Positions 61,612 through 64,000 of a DNA stretch of 64,000 nt are shown in pieces. This stretch comes from Heteronotia binoei (lineage: Eukaryota). Every line of letters starts with the position of its first letter. The stretch's first letter is position 1. The translations under genes were made by a program, and so were the position numbers. The notes beneath the pieces were generated by a model, which was not told where the DNA came from, made no database searches, and was given only the letters and a program-made list of their open reading frames with translations. The stretch is from the NCBI RefSeq assembly GCF_032191835.1, contig NC_083223.1, forward strand, positions 138,322,001 to 138,386,000. Direction: 5' to 3'.

Positions 61612-62876
61612 GTCAGGACTGGCCCTAATGAGTTGTCCCTCAAAGGCCAAAATAGTCCTGGAAAGGGCCGCCTCCTCGCAGTGACCTCGCAGATGGGAAG
61701 GAGGAGCAGATTCAGCCAATGGAAGGGAAGTACAATTGAGTGGTGGCTGATCTGCTAGTGGCTGATGTGGTATGTTTCATGGGCCAGTGGAAGAGCCAGA
61801 AACTGTCAGGTCATTAGGCTTTTATATCTATGTTTATCATTCTGTCTATTTATATATTATAAGATTGAAGGAACATGGTACTTGGGCTGGCTGCGTATAT
61901 GTGTTGGTATTCAAACAAGTGTGCCCCATATGTTTATGTATACATTTCTCTAAGCACATATTTGAAACAGAATTTATTATCTTTTTGAGTTTCTTAGAAA
62001 CAGCTTAACAGTATACTCCTACAGAATTAACACCAGTAGAGTTAACACACTAAAGGCCTCGTGTGTTTTGAGTACATTAGTAGGATTTTGTTTTATTGTA
62101 CATGTAATAGAAAAGTGAAGATTATTTCATTTAAAAGGAATATATTTGTTCATTGAATTTATAATCCACTAATCCAGAGAAGTTTGTGGTTGTTTTATAA
62201 CTTTTGCCTAAACATTTGGATTTTCTTTTGCTGGGCGTGTTCAACTGCAGCTTCCTGAAGCCCCCCTGTAGCCACTGGCTGTTAATGGTGGCAGAATGTT
62301 TTCTGGAAAAGAAGGGGAAGGAGACTTCCAACAGTTCTTGATCCTTTGGCCAGTCACTAGGGCCAACTTAACTTTCTCCTTGCTGATGGCCTTCCTGGAA
62401 GGGAAGTAAGAAAAGTTATCCAAAGTGTTTAGCGGTCCCAACCCTCCCACCCTAGCGGGGGCCCCCAGGTTTTCCAGCCTCTTCCCCCGCCCCCCCAAAA
62501 AACGGAAGCGGGGGAAGAAACTGCGCGAAGGAGCGTGGCGAGCCTCCCTTTCTCCGCTTCACCATGGCTGCTCCTCCGAGATGGGCTCAGGCTGGGCCCA
62601 TCTCAGAGGAGCAGCTGGGATGGGGTGGGGAGGGGGTGGTGGAGGGCAGCGGCATCGCCCGCGCCGCCTCTGAAGTGGAGTGGGGGGCGGCCGGGGGGTG
62701 GGGTGGGAGAGAGAGTGTGCCGCTCTAGGCTGCGCTGGGAAGTGCCTCCTCCTCTTCCTACTTGTCAGACGCCTTAGCTGCCCGCCCGCCACCTTCTGGC
62801 GAGACCTCCTGGGGGGGGAGGAAAAGCGAGAGGGCCGCTCCAGGCCGCGCGCGGAAGTGCCTCCCCTTCCTTCTCG

Positions 62877-62890
62877 GTCTCCAGGGCAAC
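62877..62890 (+). promoter_or_regulatory. RFX X-box-like motif GTCTCCAGGGCAAC
   Basis: Close to the RFX consensus GTTGCCATGGCAAC, ~160 bp upstream of the ATG of a ciliogenesis gene. Confidence 0.55.
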
Positions 62891-63051
62891 ACCAAGCAGA
62901 GGCTCACTCGCCCGCCACCCGGCAGCTGCTGGCTTGGCCTCCTGGGGGGTGGGAGCGCGGCTCCCAGGGAGGGCGGGTGGGGGTTGCTCCTTGCCTGCCC
63001 CCCGGGTCCACTTGGGGTGAGGGGGGAGCCGCTGGTGGGCGGGCTGCTGCC

Positions 63052-63142
63052 ATGGCTGGTCCTGCCGCTGCCACCATCTGGATCGGGGACCAGCTCATCT
63101 TGGAGGAAGACTATGATGAGATCTACATCCCCAGCAAGCAAG
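63052..63142 (+). CDS. CEP164: First coding exon of CEP164 (centrosomal protein 164) or a duplicate of it
   Basis: MAGPAAATIWIGDQLILEEDYDEIYIPSKQ+G|gtatcc aligns with human [27 protein letters not shown](E). The phase-1 intron falls directly after Q. Good Kozak context (gccATGG). Confidence 0.88.
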
Positions 63143-63219
63143 GTATCCCCTCCTCACCCTGCCCGGGGGGTGGGGGTCGCCCGAGGGGGGTCTGGGCCCT
63201 CCTCCTCCTCCTCCTGCTG

Positions 63220-63743
63220 TAGGGTTGCCAATCCCCAGGTGGGGGCAGGGGATCCCCTGGTTTGGAGGCCCTCCCCCCACTTCAGGGTCATCAGAAAGCA
63301 GGGGGGAGGGGAATGTCTGCTGGGAACTCTATTATTCCCTATGGAGATTTATTCCCATAGAAAATAATGGAGAATTGATCCGTGGGTATCTGGGGCTCCG
63401 GGGGGGCTGTTTTTTGAGGTAGAGGTACCAAATGTTCAGTACAGCATCTAGTGCCTCTCCCCAAAATACCCCCCAAGTTTCAAAATGATTGGACCAGGGG
63501 GTCCAATTCTATGAGCCCCAAAAGAAGGTGCCCATATCCTTCATTACTTCCTATGGGAGGAAGGAATTGAAAAGGTGTGCCGTCCCTTTAAATGTGAGGG
63601 CCAGAACTCCCTTTGGAGTTCATGATGCTTGTCACAGCCTTGATCTTGGCTCCGCCCCAATGTCTCCTGGCTCCACCCCCAAAGTCTCCTGGCTCCAACC
63701 CCAAAGTCCCCAGATATTTCTTAAATTGGACTTGGCAACCCTA
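63220..63743. mobile_element. TAGGGTTGCCA-family hAT-type element in the CEP164 intron
   Basis: TIRs TAGGGTTGCCAA / TTGGCAACCCTA. Right half is the reverse complement of 54575-54900. No TSD. Confidence 0.85.
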
Positions 63744-64000
63744 AAAGTGTTCCCTTCAGGTTTTTACAGAAATATTTTAGAACTGAAAATATTTAGGAAG
63801 AAAAATTGTGAAAAATAAATTAATGGCTCAGTTCAAGCTGAATACATTTGTTAACAACTGTGGTTTGATGCTACTTTTGTTGCACTGTTGGTAAAGATGT
63901 TTTGAATCCTGAGATCCTGTAAGTTCTGCACTTACAAAGGCATTAGTACCTTGTATATATGTATAGAATATATGTATGGGTGTGTGGGTAAGTTAAAAGA

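Larger units (their letters stand above)
62440..63219 (+). promoter_or_regulatory. CpG-island promoter of the CEP164-like gene
   Basis: Abrupt rise in GC and CpG. ETS-type CGGAAG motifs at 62503 and 62852, GC boxes. Encloses the ATG exon. Confidence 0.8.

Noticed and set aside
62535-63367. Long GC-rich ORFs across the CpG island
   Set aside because: Only 63052-63142 has recognisable homology and a splice donor; the rest is promoter, UTR or intron read-through.
1-64000. Prokaryotic-type systems (CRISPR, operons, defence islands) or an endogenous DNA virus
   Set aside because: No such repeats or protein motifs seen; all long coding remnants are explained by eukaryotic retroelements.

Overview
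Vertebrate genomic DNA from a squamate reptile. A Sauria SINE fixes the lepidosaur/squamate assignment; 'gecko' is an inference from the SINE/MITE mix. The window is AT-rich, has two N gaps and is dominated by transposon debris: two head-to-head L2 LINEs (one young and nearly intact), CR1, L1, RTE-X-like and Penelope fragments, a doubly deleted Ty3/Gypsy, a DIRS1 remnant, tRNA- and 5S-derived SINEs, and many hAT-type MITEs, seven of them with perfect 8-bp TSDs. The only host gene I recognise is the first coding exon of a CEP164-like gene (63052-63142). It sits in a CpG island with an RFX X-box-like motif, carries substitutions at normally conserved residues, and has no visible BACE1 neighbour upstream. 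Several splice-bounded, exon-like segments on the + strand (1.2-4 kb and 31.6-37.8 kb) suggest an unidentified, possibly decayed, multi-exon gene. The best-supported structural oddities are a ~105-bp fold-back palindrome inside an L2 (7662-7879) and a composite templated insertion into a Penelope element (40112-41147), made of a 0.92-kb copy of sequence 12.6 kb away plus a 0.1-kb copy of the adjacent MITE. I cannot claim a new biological system from sequence alone. TE family names come from recalled consensus motifs, not database searches, and boundaries without a TSD are approximate.
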